Notes: generated from the sequence alone by a model not told the origin. Positions 42,340 through 52,960 are shown, numbered from the stretch's first letter. The stretch: DNA of 64,000 bases from an uncultured delta proteobacterium (GCA_963727445.1 CAVSGI010000006.1:608001-672000), one strand, 5' to 3'. Numbers and translations: made by a program.

Positions 42340-43302
42340 ATGGCCGCACTGGACTTCGAGAAGCCCCTCGTCGACCTCGAGGATCGCATCCGTGAAATGA
42401 AGACGGTCAGCGGCGGCGAGGCCGGCGTCGACGAAGAGCTCAGTCGGCTCGAGGCACGCGCCAAGCAGCTCTACCGCGACATCTACCAGGACCTGTCGGT
42501 CTGGCAGAAGGTGCAGCTCAGCCGTCATCCGGACCGGCCCTATTTCCGCGACTATCTCGAGCGAATCTTCGAAGACTTCGTCGAGCTCCACGGCGACCGC
42601 TCTTTCCGGGACGACCCGGCGATCATCAGCGGCTTCGCGACCTTCCACGGGCGGAGCGTCGCGGTGATCGGCCAGCAGAAGGGCCGCACCACCAAAGACA
42701 AGGCCCACTACAACTTCGGGATGGCTCATCCAGAGGGCTATCGAAAGGCGATCCGGATCATGGAGCTGGCGAGCCGCTTCGGCCGACCGGTCTTCACCTT
42801 CATCGACACGCCCGGCGCGTATCCCGGTCTCGGCGCCGAAGAGCGTGGACAAGCGGAGGCCATCGGGCAGGCGCTGCTCACCATGAGCCGCCTCCGCGTG
42901 CCCGTGATCGCGGTGGTGATTGGCGAGGGCGGCTCCGGCGGCGCGCTGGGCCTCGGCGTCGCCAATCGCGTCGCGATGCTGGAGTACGCGACCTACAGCG
43001 TGATCACGCCCGAGGGCTGTGCGTCGATCCTCTGGCGCGACGGCGCGCGCGCGCCCGACGCGGCTGCGCAGCTGCGCCTCTTGGCGAACGACGCTTACGA
43101 GCTGGGTGTGATCGACACGGTGATCGAGGAGCCGCACGGCGGCGCGCACCGTGACTACGACGTGGCGGCCGGCCTGGTGCGAGACTGCCTGGTCACTCAT
43201 CTCGACGCGCTCTCGACCCTCGATCCGGACGCGCTCGTCCAGGACCGCTACGACAAGTTTCGCAAGATGGGCAAGTTCGTCGGCGACGACGCGTCGGGGT
43301 AG
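42340..43302 (+). CDS. accA: Acetyl-CoA carboxylase carboxyltransferase subunit alpha
   Basis: LDFEKP, RHPDRP, ELHGDR, FIDTPGAYPG, GEGGSGGAL, PEGCASILW. Confidence 0.97.
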   Translation: MAALDFEKPLVDLEDRIREMKTVSGGEAGVDEELSRLEARAKQLYRDIYQDLSVWQKVQLSRHPDRPYFRDYLERIFEDFVELHGDRSFRDDPAIISGFATFHGRSVAVIGQQKGRTTKDKAHYNFGMAHPEGYRKAIRIMELASRFGRPVFTFIDTPGAYPGLGAEERGQAEAIGQALLTMSRLRVPVIAVVIGEGGSGGALGLGVANRVAMLEYATYSVITPEGCASILWRDGARAPDAAAQLRLLANDAYELGVIDTVIEEPHGGAHRDYDVAAGLVRDCLVTHLDALSTLDPDALVQDRYDKFRKMGKFVGDDASG

Positions 43303-43311
43303 GGCGGCCTG

Positions 43312-43545
43312 GTGGGTGGGCTGTTGGGTGGAGAAGGCCTCGTGACGGTCCGGGTCCGGGTGGCCGACGAGGACGCGGTCGTGCTCCGCTCCATCCTCGA
43401 GGCCTACGAGGGGCTGGCGAGCTACTGGGCGGACGGCTCCGGGGTCTACGTCCTGATGGCCCCCGAAGGACGGGGGCCCGAGCTCGACGGTCTGCTCGCC
43501 GACCTGCGCCGGGAAGGGCTCTCCCTGGCCCGACTCGATCGCTGA
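43312..43545 (+). CDS. Small protein, DUF4911-like
   Basis: VVLRSILEAYEGLA motif; start uncertain. Confidence 0.6.
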   Translation: MGGLLGGEGLVTVRVRVADEDAVVLRSILEAYEGLASYWADGSGVYVLMAPEGRGPELDGLLADLRREGLSLARLDR

Positions 43546-43613
43546 GTGCCGGGTCGATTTCCGCCGTTTTTTGACCGCGGCAGTCTGCGCTCCCTACAAT
43601 CGCAGTCGCACCC

Positions 43614-44579
43614 GTGCCTACACGCGCCAAAGACCTCTCCTCCCTCACCACAATCTCGCTCTCCTTGTGGGCGATCTTCACCGTCGGGTGTGGAGGCGCG
43701 GCGACGCCGCCTCCCGAGACGGCGGACGCAGTGGGGCCCGAGCGCGAGCTCGCCCAGCTTCGCCAACAGAACGAGGAGCTCTCGTCGCGGCTGCGCGAGC
43801 TCGAGAGCAGTCTGTCGCTTTCGCGTGCGACGGTGCGTGAGCTTCGCGCCGCGGAGCAGCATCGCAATGCAGCGTCGCCCGAGCGCGAGGTGGTGCGCAT
43901 CGGCGGAGCGCCGGCACCCGTCACGCGGGACGTCCGGCCCGGGGAAGAAGGCTGGGACGAGCCGAGGGCCGAAGAGGAGACCTTCGGGATCCAGGACGAC
44001 GGAAGCGAGGGGCCGCGCCCCTTGCTCACGCTCTACGGCTCGCCGGCGGCGCCCATCGATACTTCGATTCCGCTTCAGATCCCCCCCGCACCCCCCGGAG
44101 TTCCTGGGAGCCTTCCGGTGGCCGCGCTGCCTGCACCGGAGCTGGCTTTCCGATCGGCCTCGAGCCCCGCGCCCGCGCGCGACGCCCGCGAGGAGCGCGT
44201 GCGGCAGGCCGACCGCGCGGCGGTGACCGCTTACCAACAGGCGCTGGCACACCTGAGGGACCGGCAGTTCGCCGAGGCTCTCCGTGCCTTCGACGACTTC
44301 CTTCGATCTCACCCACGCCACCCCTACGCCGCGAGCGCGGTGTACTGGCAGGGCGAGGTCTATTACGCGATGCGAGACTATCGGCTCGCGCTTTCGCGCT
44401 TCGAGCGGGTCGTGGACCAGTATCCCGAGGCGAGCAAGGTCGCCGACTCGCTCTACAAGATGGGCCTTTGTCAAAAGCGAATGGGACGGGAGCGGGCTGC
44501 TCGCCGTATCTTCGAGCAGGTGCGTCGCCGCTATCCGGACAGCGTGGCGGCGCGTCTCTCGGTGCAGGAGGACGCCTGA
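43614..44579 (+). CDS. Tol-Pal-associated YbgF/CpoB-like TPR lipoprotein
   Basis: VGC lipobox, coiled coil, TPRs AVYWQGEVYY...YPEASKVADSLYKMG...YPDS. Confidence 0.85.
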   Translation: MPTRAKDLSSLTTISLSLWAIFTVGCGGAATPPPETADAVGPERELAQLRQQNEELSSRLRELESSLSLSRATVRELRAAEQHRNAASPEREVVRIGGAPAPVTRDVRPGEEGWDEPRAEEETFGIQDDGSEGPRPLLTLYGSPAAPIDTSIPLQIPPAPPGVPGSLPVAALPAPELAFRSASSPAPARDAREERVRQADRAAVTAYQQALAHLRDRQFAEALRAFDDFLRSHPRHPYAASAVYWQGEVYYAMRDYRLALSRFERVVDQYPEASKVADSLYKMGLCQKRMGRERAARRIFEQVRRRYPDSVAARLSVQEDA

Positions 44580-45775
44580 TGAAACGCGCGCTCTTCATCT
44601 CGATCCTGGTAGCCCTGGTGGGCGTCTCGTCGGGCGTCTCTCGGGCTGCATTGGCCCAGGTCAGCGTCGATGACGAGCCCGAGTACTGGGAAGACGAGGG
44701 AACCACCGGCGACTACATCGGCGATGGTGCCCAGGCGAGCGCGGGCTCGCAGTCGCTGGAGGAGGCCCGCCAGAGCGGCGTCGGGCTGCGCCTCGGTGGG
44801 GGCAGCCTCTCGCCGCGCCAGGTGCCGGAGCGCTACACGGTCCGTCGTGGGGACACGCTCTGGGACATCACGGGGCACTTCTACGGCAACCCGTGGCAGT
44901 GGCCGAGGGTGTGGTCCTACAACCCGGAGATCACCAACCCGCACTGGATCTATCCGGACGACACGCTGCGACTGGTCCCTCAGGGCTCGGCGGAGGTGCG
45001 CCTGCCCGAGGACGAGGGAAGCGAGCCGGTTCGGGTCACACAAGGCACGCTCGAGCCGGGCAGCATCTTCCTGCGCGATCAGGGCTACCTCGATCCGGAC
45101 GCGCTCAACACCTTCGGAGAGATCGTGGGCTCGCCCGAGGACCACATGCTCCTGTCGAGCTACGACGAGGTCTACGTCCAGTTCAGCGACGACGCCGAAG
45201 GGGTGCGCCGGGGCATGGAGCTCTCGATCTTCCGGCGCATGCACGCGCGCGATCGCGCCCCGGAAGAGCAGGGTGAGCTGGTGCGGGTCTTCGGTACCGT
45301 CAACCTTCGAAGCTACGATCCGGAGACCAAGGTCGGCCGCGGGACCATCACCGAAGCCCTCGATCCCATCGAGCGAGGCTTCGAGGTCGCCAACATCCCA
45401 CGCCGCTTCGAGATGGTGCCGCCGCGGGAGAACTCCACCGATCTCGACGCGGAGGTGGTCGCGGCGCTGCGGCCGCTCCAGCTCTTCGGCGACAACCAGG
45501 TCATCTTCGTCAACGCCGGCGAGGAGCAGGGCGTCAAGCTCGGTAACCGCTTCTTCATCGTCCGCTCCGGCGACGTCTGGCGCGACAACCTCAACACCTC
45601 CGAGCGCACCGCCGGTGCGACCGAGGTCAGCGACGATCCCACCGAGTACCCGGACGAGATCGTGGCCGAGGCCCGCGTCGTCAACGTGCGCCCGGAGACG
45701 AGCGCGCTGATGGTGACGCGCGCCATCGCCGAGATCGGAATCGGCGACCGCGCCGAGATGCGTCGCGGATATTAG
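44579..45775 (+). CDS. LysM peptidoglycan-binding protein
   Basis: YTVRRGDTLWDIT..FYGNPWQWPRVW..NPEITNPHWIYP; TGATG overlap. Confidence 0.9.
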   Translation: MKRALFISILVALVGVSSGVSRAALAQVSVDDEPEYWEDEGTTGDYIGDGAQASAGSQSLEEARQSGVGLRLGGGSLSPRQVPERYTVRRGDTLWDITGHFYGNPWQWPRVWSYNPEITNPHWIYPDDTLRLVPQGSAEVRLPEDEGSEPVRVTQGTLEPGSIFLRDQGYLDPDALNTFGEIVGSPEDHMLLSSYDEVYVQFSDDAEGVRRGMELSIFRRMHARDRAPEEQGELVRVFGTVNLRSYDPETKVGRGTITEALDPIERGFEVANIPRRFEMVPPRENSTDLDAEVVAALRPLQLFGDNQVIFVNAGEEQGVKLGNRFFIVRSGDVWRDNLNTSERTAGATEVSDDPTEYPDEIVAEARVVNVRPETSALMVTRAIAEIGIGDRAEMRRGY

Positions 45776-45781
45776 TCTAGG

Positions 45782-45885
45782 AGAAGGCTTTCGGCCGCGA
45801 GCGGCAGGGCCCGCGAAGGCCCGCCTTGCGGGCCGCAGCGGGACCGGAGCGCAGCGGACGAAAGCCGGGAGTGCGCTCCCCGGCC
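45782..45885 (+). repeat. ~105-nt structured dispersed repeat, copy B (3' of the LysM gene)
   Basis: Same conserved blocks as 35472..35576, with different but still complementary stem sequences. Confidence 0.7.
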
Positions 45886-45893
45886 CCCTCGCC

Positions 45894-46385
45894 TCAGTCG
45901 AGGCCGGTGTCGCAGTAGATGTGGTTGTCGCTGCGGTCGGTGCACATCGCCAGGCCGGTGGTGCAGAGCATCGAGCCGAGGCAGCTGCAGGTGCGGTCGG
46001 CGCTGCACGCCGAGGGGACGGCCATGCAGGTGAAGCTGGTCGGCCCGCCGCAGGCGCACTCGAAGCACACCTCGGTGGCGGGATCGCAGGTCTCGGTGCC
46101 GCATGGGGTGCCGCTCGCGTCTCCGCTGGTCCCGGTGTCGCTCGCGTCCGCGCTGGCGCCAGTGTCGCCGGCTGTGCCGGTGTCGCCGCTGGTGCCGGTG
46201 TCGCCGGCTGTGCCGGTGTCGGTGCCGGTGTCGCCGGCCGTGCCGGTGTCGGAGCTGGTGCCTGTGTCGCCGGCCGTGCCGGTGTCGGAGCCAGTCCCGG
46301 TGTCGGAAGCCACTCCGTCGTCACCACAGGCGACGAGGGAGAGAGCCAGAGCGAGGGCGAGGATGGAGGTTCGAATGGAAGCCAT
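45894..46385 (-). CDS. Small lipoprotein with (S/G)DTG(T/A) tandem repeats and Cys-rich C-terminal domain
   Basis: MASIRT...LVACG; ~9 hexapeptide repeats (18-bp units, ~46130-46310); about 10 Cys. Confidence 0.8.
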   Translation of the reverse strand: MASIRTSILALALALSLVACGDDGVASDTGTGSDTGTAGDTGTSSDTGTAGDTGTDTGTAGDTGTSGDTGTAGDTGASADASDTGTSGDASGTPCGTETCDPATEVCFECACGGPTSFTCMAVPSACSADRTCSCLGSMLCTTGLAMCTDRSDNHIYCDTGLD

Positions 46386-46414
46386 GGAGGGGAGGATAGC
46401 GCGTTGTCGGGCGC

Positions 46415-47905
46415 TCAGCCCCTCCAGAACGAGGGGTAGAGCACCACGAGCGCCGAGAACATCTCGAGGCGGCCGATGAGCATGTTCGCGCTCAAGAACC
46501 ACTTGCTGGCGTCGGAGAGGAACGCGAAGTTGTGGCTGGGCCCGACCTCGCCGAAGCCGGGGCCGATGTTCATGAGGGTGACGATGACCGAGCTCATGGC
46601 GGTGGTGATGTCTACACCGTCGACGAGCGCCATGAACATGCCGCCCACGATCACCAACAGGATGTTCACGATGAAGTAGATGAGCGCGAGGGTGACGATG
46701 GACCTGTCGAGGCGCTGCCCGTCGAGGCGCACCGAGACCACCGCCAGCGGCTGAAAGTAGGACTTCTTGATGGCGGCCACCATGAACTTCCAGATGATCA
46801 GGAAGTGCACGATCTTGATGCCGCTGCCGGTCGAGCCGGAGCACGGGCCGACGAAGCAGACGGCATAGAGGAACATCTGTGCGGCGTTCGGCCACTTCTC
46901 GTAGTCCGCAGTCGTGTAGCCGGTCGTGGTCAGGATCGAGACGACCTGGAAGCTGCCGTAGCGGAAAGAATCGATCAGGCTCGAGTAGGTCCCGGCGCTG
47001 TAGAGGATCAACGTCACGCTGACGCAGAAGAAGAGGACGGCGGCCACGTACCAGTGGAACTCGGTGTTGGCGCGGAACGCCCGCCACTCCCCGCGCGACA
47101 TGCGGAAGAAGAGCACGAAGTTCATCCCGCCGAAGAACATGAAGACCGTCGTCACCCAGTCGAAGTACGCGTTGTCGTAGTGGGCGATGCTGTCGTTGTA
47201 GGGGGAGTAGCCGGAGGTGGAGACGGTGCCGAAGGCGTGGCAGAGGGCGTCGAAGAGGGACATGCCGCCAGCCGTGTAGAGGATGACCTGCGCGAGGTTG
47301 ATCGCGCTGTAGAGCAGCCAGAGGTAGCGCATCGTGTCCCGGTTGCGGGCGGTGAAGCGCTCCTTGGTGATCAACTGGCCGGGGCTGGATTCGGCGCGAA
47401 AGAGGCGCAGCCCACCCATGCCGTGGGGCAGGATCAAGGCGGCCAGCGTGACGAAGCCCATGCCGCCGATGAAGTGGGTCTCGCTCCGCCACATGAGCAG
47501 CCCGTGGGGCACGACCTCGATGTCGGTGAGGATCGTCGAGCCCGTCGTCGTGTAGCCCGACATCATTTCGAAGAACGCGTCGGTGAAGGACGAAATCGAC
47601 CCGTGAAAGACGAAGGGCAGGCCCGAGACGGCAGAGACGACGACCCACCCGAAGGTCGCGACGAAGAACGCGCTCCGCGCGTCGAGGTCGTCGTTGCCTC
47701 GGAAGAACCAGCGCAGGGGCGCGCCAATCCCGGCCGTGATGAGCGCGGCGAGGACCAGCGCCCCGGCGTCACCTTCTCCGTAGATCAGCGCGACGGCGAT
47801 CGGCAGCAGCATCGATGCGCTGATGACCAGCAGCAGCATCCCGAAGACGAAGGCCACGGGCGCGACGATGCGAAGGAGCGGATGTGGCTTCTTCCAAGAG
47901 CTCAT
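46415..47905 (-). CDS. trkH: TrkH-family potassium uptake membrane protein
   Basis: AFFEMMSGYTTTGSTI, GGMGF, VSTSGYS, TTTGY, GSTGSGIK, NIGPG, GRLE. Confidence 0.93.
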   Translation of the reverse strand: MSSWKKPHPLLRIVAPVAFVFGMLLLVISASMLLPIAVALIYGEGDAGALVLAALITAGIGAPLRWFFRGNDDLDARSAFFVATFGWVVVSAVSGLPFVFHGSISSFTDAFFEMMSGYTTTGSTILTDIEVVPHGLLMWRSETHFIGGMGFVTLAALILPHGMGGLRLFRAESSPGQLITKERFTARNRDTMRYLWLLYSAINLAQVILYTAGGMSLFDALCHAFGTVSTSGYSPYNDSIAHYDNAYFDWVTTVFMFFGGMNFVLFFRMSRGEWRAFRANTEFHWYVAAVLFFCVSVTLILYSAGTYSSLIDSFRYGSFQVVSILTTTGYTTADYEKWPNAAQMFLYAVCFVGPCSGSTGSGIKIVHFLIIWKFMVAAIKKSYFQPLAVVSVRLDGQRLDRSIVTLALIYFIVNILLVIVGGMFMALVDGVDITTAMSSVIVTLMNIGPGFGEVGPSHNFAFLSDASKWFLSANMLIGRLEMFSALVVLYPSFWRG

Positions 47906-49290
47906 GACAGGAAGAGCCGCTGCAGGTGGCCCAGGTGCTCCTCGGTGCACACGCAGACCACCCGGTCGCCGCCCTCGATCTTCGTGCTTCCGACCGCGAC
48001 CTGCCAGCCTTCCTTCCGAGCGACCGCGCCGATGGTGATGCGCCCCCGAAGCGCGCTCTGCTCGAAGAGGGGGCGCTTGGTGATGGGGGAGCCGGCCTCG
48101 GCGAGGAGCTCGACCACCTCGGCGTTGCAGCCGTGCAGGTGCGCCACCGACAGCACGCTGTCTCGGCGGATGTGTCTCAGCACCGCGTTGGCCGCGAGGA
48201 TCTTGCGGTTCAGCGCGATGTCGGTGCCCATGGTCGAGGCGAGGGTCAGGTACTCCTGGCGCTTCACGAGGGCGATGGTCTTGGCCAGCTGCGCCCGCTT
48301 GTCGTCGGTGCGGGTGTGGATCAGGTGCTTGGCCAGCACGCTGGTCATGATGTTCGTCTCGTTGTCGCCGGTGGTGGCGACGATGGTGTCCATGTTGAGG
48401 AGCCCGGCGAGCACCAGCGTCTCGCGGTCCGAGCCGTCGCCGTGGAGCACCTGTGTCGACTTGAGCATGTGCGACAGCGCTTCGGCGCGCATTTCGTTTC
48501 GTTCGAGGAGCGTGACGGCGTAGGACGACTCGAGCAGCTGCGCCACGCGCGCGCCAATCAGCGCGCCACCGATGATCAGCACGTTGTGCCGGTTCTCGGT
48601 ACGCATCTCGAGGAACTCCATCAGCTTCGGCATGTCGCCGGCGCCGGCCATCAGGTAGATGCGGTCGTCGGTCTGAAGCTCGAAGTCGCCGTCGGGGATG
48701 AGGGTGTCGATGTCGCGGGTCACACACCCGATCCGGAAGACGAACTCGTCGAACTTGCCGCTCAGCTCCTTGATCTGCATCCCGCGCATCGGCGAGTAGG
48801 GGCCCACGTTCGTGGCGAGCACTTGGAGATCCCCGTCACCGACATCCACCAGCACGTTGCCGGCGCGCATCTTGAGCAGGCGCACGATCTCCTGCGCCGT
48901 GAGCTCCTCGGGGCGGATCACCAGGTCGATGCCGAGGTCGGACGCGCTCAGGGCGCCATCCTCGTCCCAGACGGCGATGCTGCGACTGCGGACGATCTTC
49001 TGCTCGATGCCGTAGCTGTCGGCGATCATGGCGGCGACGATGTTCACGGCGTCGTCGTCGGTGGTCGCGATCAGGTAGTCCATCTTGGCCGCTTCGGCCT
49101 CGTCCCAGTGGGAGAAGTCGGTGGCGGAGCCGTGGATCAGCCGGGCATCCATCTCCGCGTCGGCCTTGTTGATCTTGTCGCGATCGGACTCGATCACGGT
49201 GACCTGATGGCCCTCCATCGACAGGCGCCGGGCCAGGTACTCACCCATGCCGCCCAGCCCCAGGAGGAGGATGTTTTCGGACTTCATCAT
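47902..49290 (-). CDS. trkA: Trk system potassium transport protein TrkA
   Basis: Two RCK units: ILLLGLGGMG and VLIIGGALIG, HGDGSD, TGDNETN. Confidence 0.93.
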   Translation of the reverse strand: MMKSENILLLGLGGMGEYLARRLSMEGHQVTVIESDRDKINKADAEMDARLIHGSATDFSHWDEAEAAKMDYLIATTDDDAVNIVAAMIADSYGIEQKIVRSRSIAVWDEDGALSASDLGIDLVIRPEELTAQEIVRLLKMRAGNVLVDVGDGDLQVLATNVGPYSPMRGMQIKELSGKFDEFVFRIGCVTRDIDTLIPDGDFELQTDDRIYLMAGAGDMPKLMEFLEMRTENRHNVLIIGGALIGARVAQLLESSYAVTLLERNEMRAEALSHMLKSTQVLHGDGSDRETLVLAGLLNMDTIVATTGDNETNIMTSVLAKHLIHTRTDDKRAQLAKTIALVKRQEYLTLASTMGTDIALNRKILAANAVLRHIRRDSVLSVAHLHGCNAEVVELLAEAGSPITKRPLFEQSALRGRITIGAVARKEGWQVAVGSTKIEGGDRVVCVCTEEHLGHLQRLFLS

Positions 49291-49401
49291 CCCTTTCCGG
49301 CCCCTTATCACGTCGTGGGGCGCGGATTGCTGGCAATTTGTCGCCTGCCCCTGTCGCCCAGATTGCGGCCGGAGGCGACAATCGGCGAAAATCGAGGCGC
49401 C

Positions 49402-51225
49402 GTGGTCGCGGAGGTAGAAGAGCTGAAGAAAGCCCTGGCCCGGGAGCGGGAGAAGCTCTCGGCGCTCAAGGACATCGGCGCCGCTCTCGGCTCTACCCTC
49501 GATCTCGGGGAGCTGCTGGTTCTCGTCCTCGATCGCGTCTCCCCCCTCATGGACGCGGACCGCTCCACTCTCTACCTGCTGGACGAGGACACCGGCGAGC
49601 TCTGGTCGAAGGTCGCGCAGGGCGAGGACGAGCGCGAGATACGCCTCAAGGTCGGTGAGGGGCTCGCTGGCTTCGTCGCGAAGACCGGTCAGGTCCTCAA
49701 CATCAAGGACGTCTACCAGGACCCACGCTTCGACGCGGAGTGGGACCGTCGCACCGGTTATCGAACTCGCTCCGTCCTCGCGGTGCCGATGAAGAACCAG
49801 CACGGCCGAACCATCGGCGTGGTGCAGGTGCTGAACAAGCGCGAGGGGGACTTCACCGAGGAGGACGTCGAGCTCCTCACCGCGCTCGCGTCGCAGGCGG
49901 CGGTCTCCATCGAGAACTCGAAGCTCTTCCTGTCGGTGGTCGGCAAGAACATGGAGCTGCTCGAGACCAAGGAGCAGCTCGAGCGCAAGGTGCGCGATCA
50001 GGACGTGCTCTTCGAGATCGCGCAGGTGTCGGCGAGCGCACTCGAGCTCGACGACCTTCTCGAGGGTGTGCTCGGGCGAACGATGCGCGCCATCGACGCC
50101 GAAGCGGCGTCGATCCTCATCAGCGACGAGGATACGGGCGACCTGCGCTTCCGCGCGGCGGTTGGCGGCGAGCCGGAAGCGGTTCAACACCTGCGCATCA
50201 AGGCGGGGCAGGGGATCAGCGGCTGGGTCGCCAAGAACAAGAAGCCCCAGGTCGTGAACGAGGTCGACGACGACCCGCGCCACAGCAAGACCATCGCCGA
50301 CCGCGTCGGCTACCACCCGCGCTCGGTTCTATGCGTCCCGCTCGAGTGGGATGGGGGCGGGGGCGCGCTCGAGTTCTTGAACAAGAGCGGCGGCCGCGAG
50401 CCTTTCGCCGAGGACGACATCCGGCTGGCCACCATGGTGGCGGGTCACGTCTCGACGGCGATTCAGCTGGCCACGGCGCGTCAGCGCCGGGAGCGCGAGG
50501 ACCGTCTGTCCACCATCGGGCAGTTCATGTCGAGCGTCCTGCACGACCTGAAGACGCCGATGACGGTGATCAGCGGCTACGTGCAGCTGTTGACCGAAGA
50601 GAAGGACCCCGAGATGCGGGCCCGCTACGCGGAGCTGGTGCAGCGTCAGGTCGAGCTGATCAACACCATGACCCGCGAGACCCTGGCCTTTGCGCGCGGC
50701 GAGCGGAAGCTCTGGGTGCGCAAGGTCTACCTGCACAAGTTCTTCATCGAGATGGCGGATCAGCTCAAGCGCGAGCTGGAAGGGCAGGGCATCGACGTCG
50801 AGCTCGTGCTCAACGACCGGGGCGTCTTCAAGTTCGACGCCCCGAAGATCCAGCGCGCCATCCACAACCTCGCCCGCAACGCCGCAGAGGCGATCGGGGG
50901 CGAGGGCGGGCGCGTCCAGATCGTCGTGGACCGCCGTGACGACGGCGCGCTGGTGCTGACCGTGAGCGACGACGGGCCGGGCATTCCGGACGAGATCCGG
51001 GCGCAGCTCTTCGCGCCCTTCGCGACCCACGGCAAAGAGGGCGGCACCGGGCTCGGACTCGCGGTGGTGCGCACCATCGTCGAGGACCACGGCGGGCACG
51101 TCTCGGTGGAAAGCGAGCCGGGGAACACCACCTTCACGCTGGTGCTCCCCGAAACGAACGCTGGCCCACGCGACGTCACGCCCTCGACTCCGCGAGAGCG
51201 CGGCGAGGTCGCGCCAGGCGAATAG
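49402..51225 (+). CDS. Cytoplasmic GAF-GAF sensor histidine kinase
   Basis: Two GAF domains (GEGLAG, TRSVLAVP, NK); H-box LHDLKTPMT; NLARNA, DDGPGI, GGTGLGL. Confidence 0.92.
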   Translation: MVAEVEELKKALAREREKLSALKDIGAALGSTLDLGELLVLVLDRVSPLMDADRSTLYLLDEDTGELWSKVAQGEDEREIRLKVGEGLAGFVAKTGQVLNIKDVYQDPRFDAEWDRRTGYRTRSVLAVPMKNQHGRTIGVVQVLNKREGDFTEEDVELLTALASQAAVSIENSKLFLSVVGKNMELLETKEQLERKVRDQDVLFEIAQVSASALELDDLLEGVLGRTMRAIDAEAASILISDEDTGDLRFRAAVGGEPEAVQHLRIKAGQGISGWVAKNKKPQVVNEVDDDPRHSKTIADRVGYHPRSVLCVPLEWDGGGGALEFLNKSGGREPFAEDDIRLATMVAGHVSTAIQLATARQRREREDRLSTIGQFMSSVLHDLKTPMTVISGYVQLLTEEKDPEMRARYAELVQRQVELINTMTRETLAFARGERKLWVRKVYLHKFFIEMADQLKRELEGQGIDVELVLNDRGVFKFDAPKIQRAIHNLARNAAEAIGGEGGRVQIVVDRRDDGALVLTVSDDGPGIPDEIRAQLFAPFATHGKEGGTGLGLAVVRTIVEDHGGHVSVESEPGNTTFTLVLPETNAGPRDVTPSTPRERGEVAPGE

Positions 51226-51237
51226 AAAAGCGCTGAG

Positions 51238-51768
51238 CTACGCGTGAACCGTCTTCGCCGTCGTGACCGTACGGGTCGTGCGATCCGTGGTGCGATAGTT
51301 CGCCGCCTGCATCATCCACGCGTGCTTCTCGAGGTCTCGGCTGATGCCCATGAGGAGGTCACTCGTGAGGGGGTCGAGGGGATCGACCCGTTCGATGCGT
51401 AACCTCATGCGCTTGGTGACGTCGAGCAGGTGATGGGTGATGGATGTCAGGGCGACCTGGTCCTCCACGAACCCGTTGGGGAACGCGAATCCCTCGGCGT
51501 TCTGGGCGATGGTGAGCGGCATCCCGCTGGGGACGAGGCCGAGGGCGGCCGTCCGCTCGGCTACCTGATCGGCAGCCGCTCGCGTCGTCTCCACCAGCTC
51601 GTCGAGCTTCAGGTGAACGGCGCGAAACTGCGGGCCGACGACGACCCAGTGTGCTTGCTTGGCGACGAGTGACATGGCGACGAGGTCGACGAGCGAAGCC
51701 TGGAGCTCGCCTGCGACTGCATGGCGCGTCTTTTCGTCGAGAGCGTGTGCGATTAGTTCCTGTGCCAC
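51238..51768 (-). CDS. dps: DNA starvation/stationary-phase protection protein Dps
   Basis: KQAHWVVVGPQFRAVHLKLDE, DQVAER, LEKHAWMM. Confidence 0.92.
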   Translation of the reverse strand: MAQELIAHALDEKTRHAVAGELQASLVDLVAMSLVAKQAHWVVVGPQFRAVHLKLDELVETTRAAADQVAERTAALGLVPSGMPLTIAQNAEGFAFPNGFVEDQVALTSITHHLLDVTKRMRLRIERVDPLDPLTSDLLMGISRDLEKHAWMMQAANYRTTDRTTRTVTTAKTVHA

Positions 51769-51814
51769 TGATGGTCTCCTCGTGTTCGTTGTGCTTGGTG
51801 CGCTTTCGGGAGTC

Positions 51815-51830
51815 GCAGTGAACGTGCCAA
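51815..51830 (-). promoter_or_regulatory. Putative sigma54 promoter for dps
   Basis: TTGGCACG-TTCA-CTGC (GG-N10-GC), ~47 nt upstream of the dps start. Confidence 0.65.
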
Positions 51831-52146
51831 GGTCGCGGCCCGGGAAAAACGCGCCTATGGATGTGGCGATTCGTCACGGTCGTCCGTGGCGCCGGTTCGC
51901 GGGTGTGGCCATTTGCCATGCCATCGACCGACTCGCGGGTCGCGAGCCGGCTGCGGCGTTTGAGAAAGCGCACACTGGTCGACCCCGAAGACGAAGCGAA
52001 GGTGAAGCAGGTACTTCCCTCCGACTGATCCGCGCATATGACCATTGGTTGGCCAGCTGGGGCGGCGCGGGTGGGTAGCTTTTCCCCACTCGGGTGAGGA
52101 AACCGGGGACGACGGCCCGGTATGTGCCTTGCTTCTGCGCTCGCAC

Positions 52147-52939
52147 ATGCGCGAGAGAAGACACGAAGAAGCTGCGCTCGTCGCCAGGGGGGCGACAGGC
52201 GAACCCGACGCCTTGCTCAAGTTGATGACGGACAACGCCCCCATGGTGCACGCCCTGGCGCGGCGTCTCTCCGGTCAGAAACAGTCCCGGGAGGACCTGG
52301 TCCACGAGGGCTATCTGGGGCTCCTCAAGGCGGTCGACCGTTTCGATCCGGATAAGGGTACGCGCTTTTCGACCTATGCGCGGCACTGGGTCCGGTACTA
52401 CCAGCAGCGCTTCGCCCGCGAGAATCGCCGGGTGGTGACGCTCCCTCGCACCCGCAACATGGTCAAGGCCCGCAACGGGTCGCGCCGCGTCCGGCGTGAC
52501 CTCGAGCAGGAGCTGGGCGACCGGGTTTCCGACGAGGTGGTGGCGGGGATCCTGGGCGTCGACGTCGAGGACGTGGCGCACGCCCGCATGGAGCACTCCG
52601 GTGCGGACATCTCCATGCACGCCGACGCGAACGAGCTCCACGGAGTACAGAATCTCGGGTGACTTTCCGGACCCCGAGACCGCGGTCGGTGAGCTGGAGG
52701 AGGCCCGGAGCCACCACATGCTTCTCGCCGAGTGTCTCGAGGTGCTCGACGCGCGCGAACGGCGCATCGTCGACGAGCACATCCTCTCCGAGGAGAAGCA
52801 CACGCTCTCGGAGATCGGCGAGGAGCTCGGCGTGTCTCGTGAGCGCGTTCGCCAGCTCGAGAAGCGAGCCCTTCGGAAGATGCGGACGCTGATCGAGACC
52901 CAACACCCCGAGCAGCTCACGCCGACCGCCGCGGCTTGA
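52147..52939 (+). CDS. Group 3-like sigma70-family factor (RpoH/SigF-like; apparent +1 indel near 52651)
   Basis: EDLVHEGYLGLLKAVDRFDPDKGTRFSTYARHWVR (region 2); TLSEIGEELGVSRERVRQLEKRAL (region 4) in the next frame. Confidence 0.88.
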
Positions 52940-52960
52940 GCGCTCAGGGCGTCGTCGCGC

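Noticed and set aside
46130..46310. Tandem repeats as a CRISPR array
   Set aside because: They are 18-bp in-frame coding repeats with no unique spacers and no cas genes.
45894..51225. Long N-terminal extensions or fusions of trkH, trkA, the kinase and the lipoprotein in the ORF track
   Set aside because: The extensions are off-frame or antisense overlaps of neighbouring genes. Internal starts with ATGA-type coupling fit better.
52640..52670. Programmed frameshift in the sigma factor gene
   Set aside because: No slippery heptamer is evident, and similar single-base insertions occur throughout the window.
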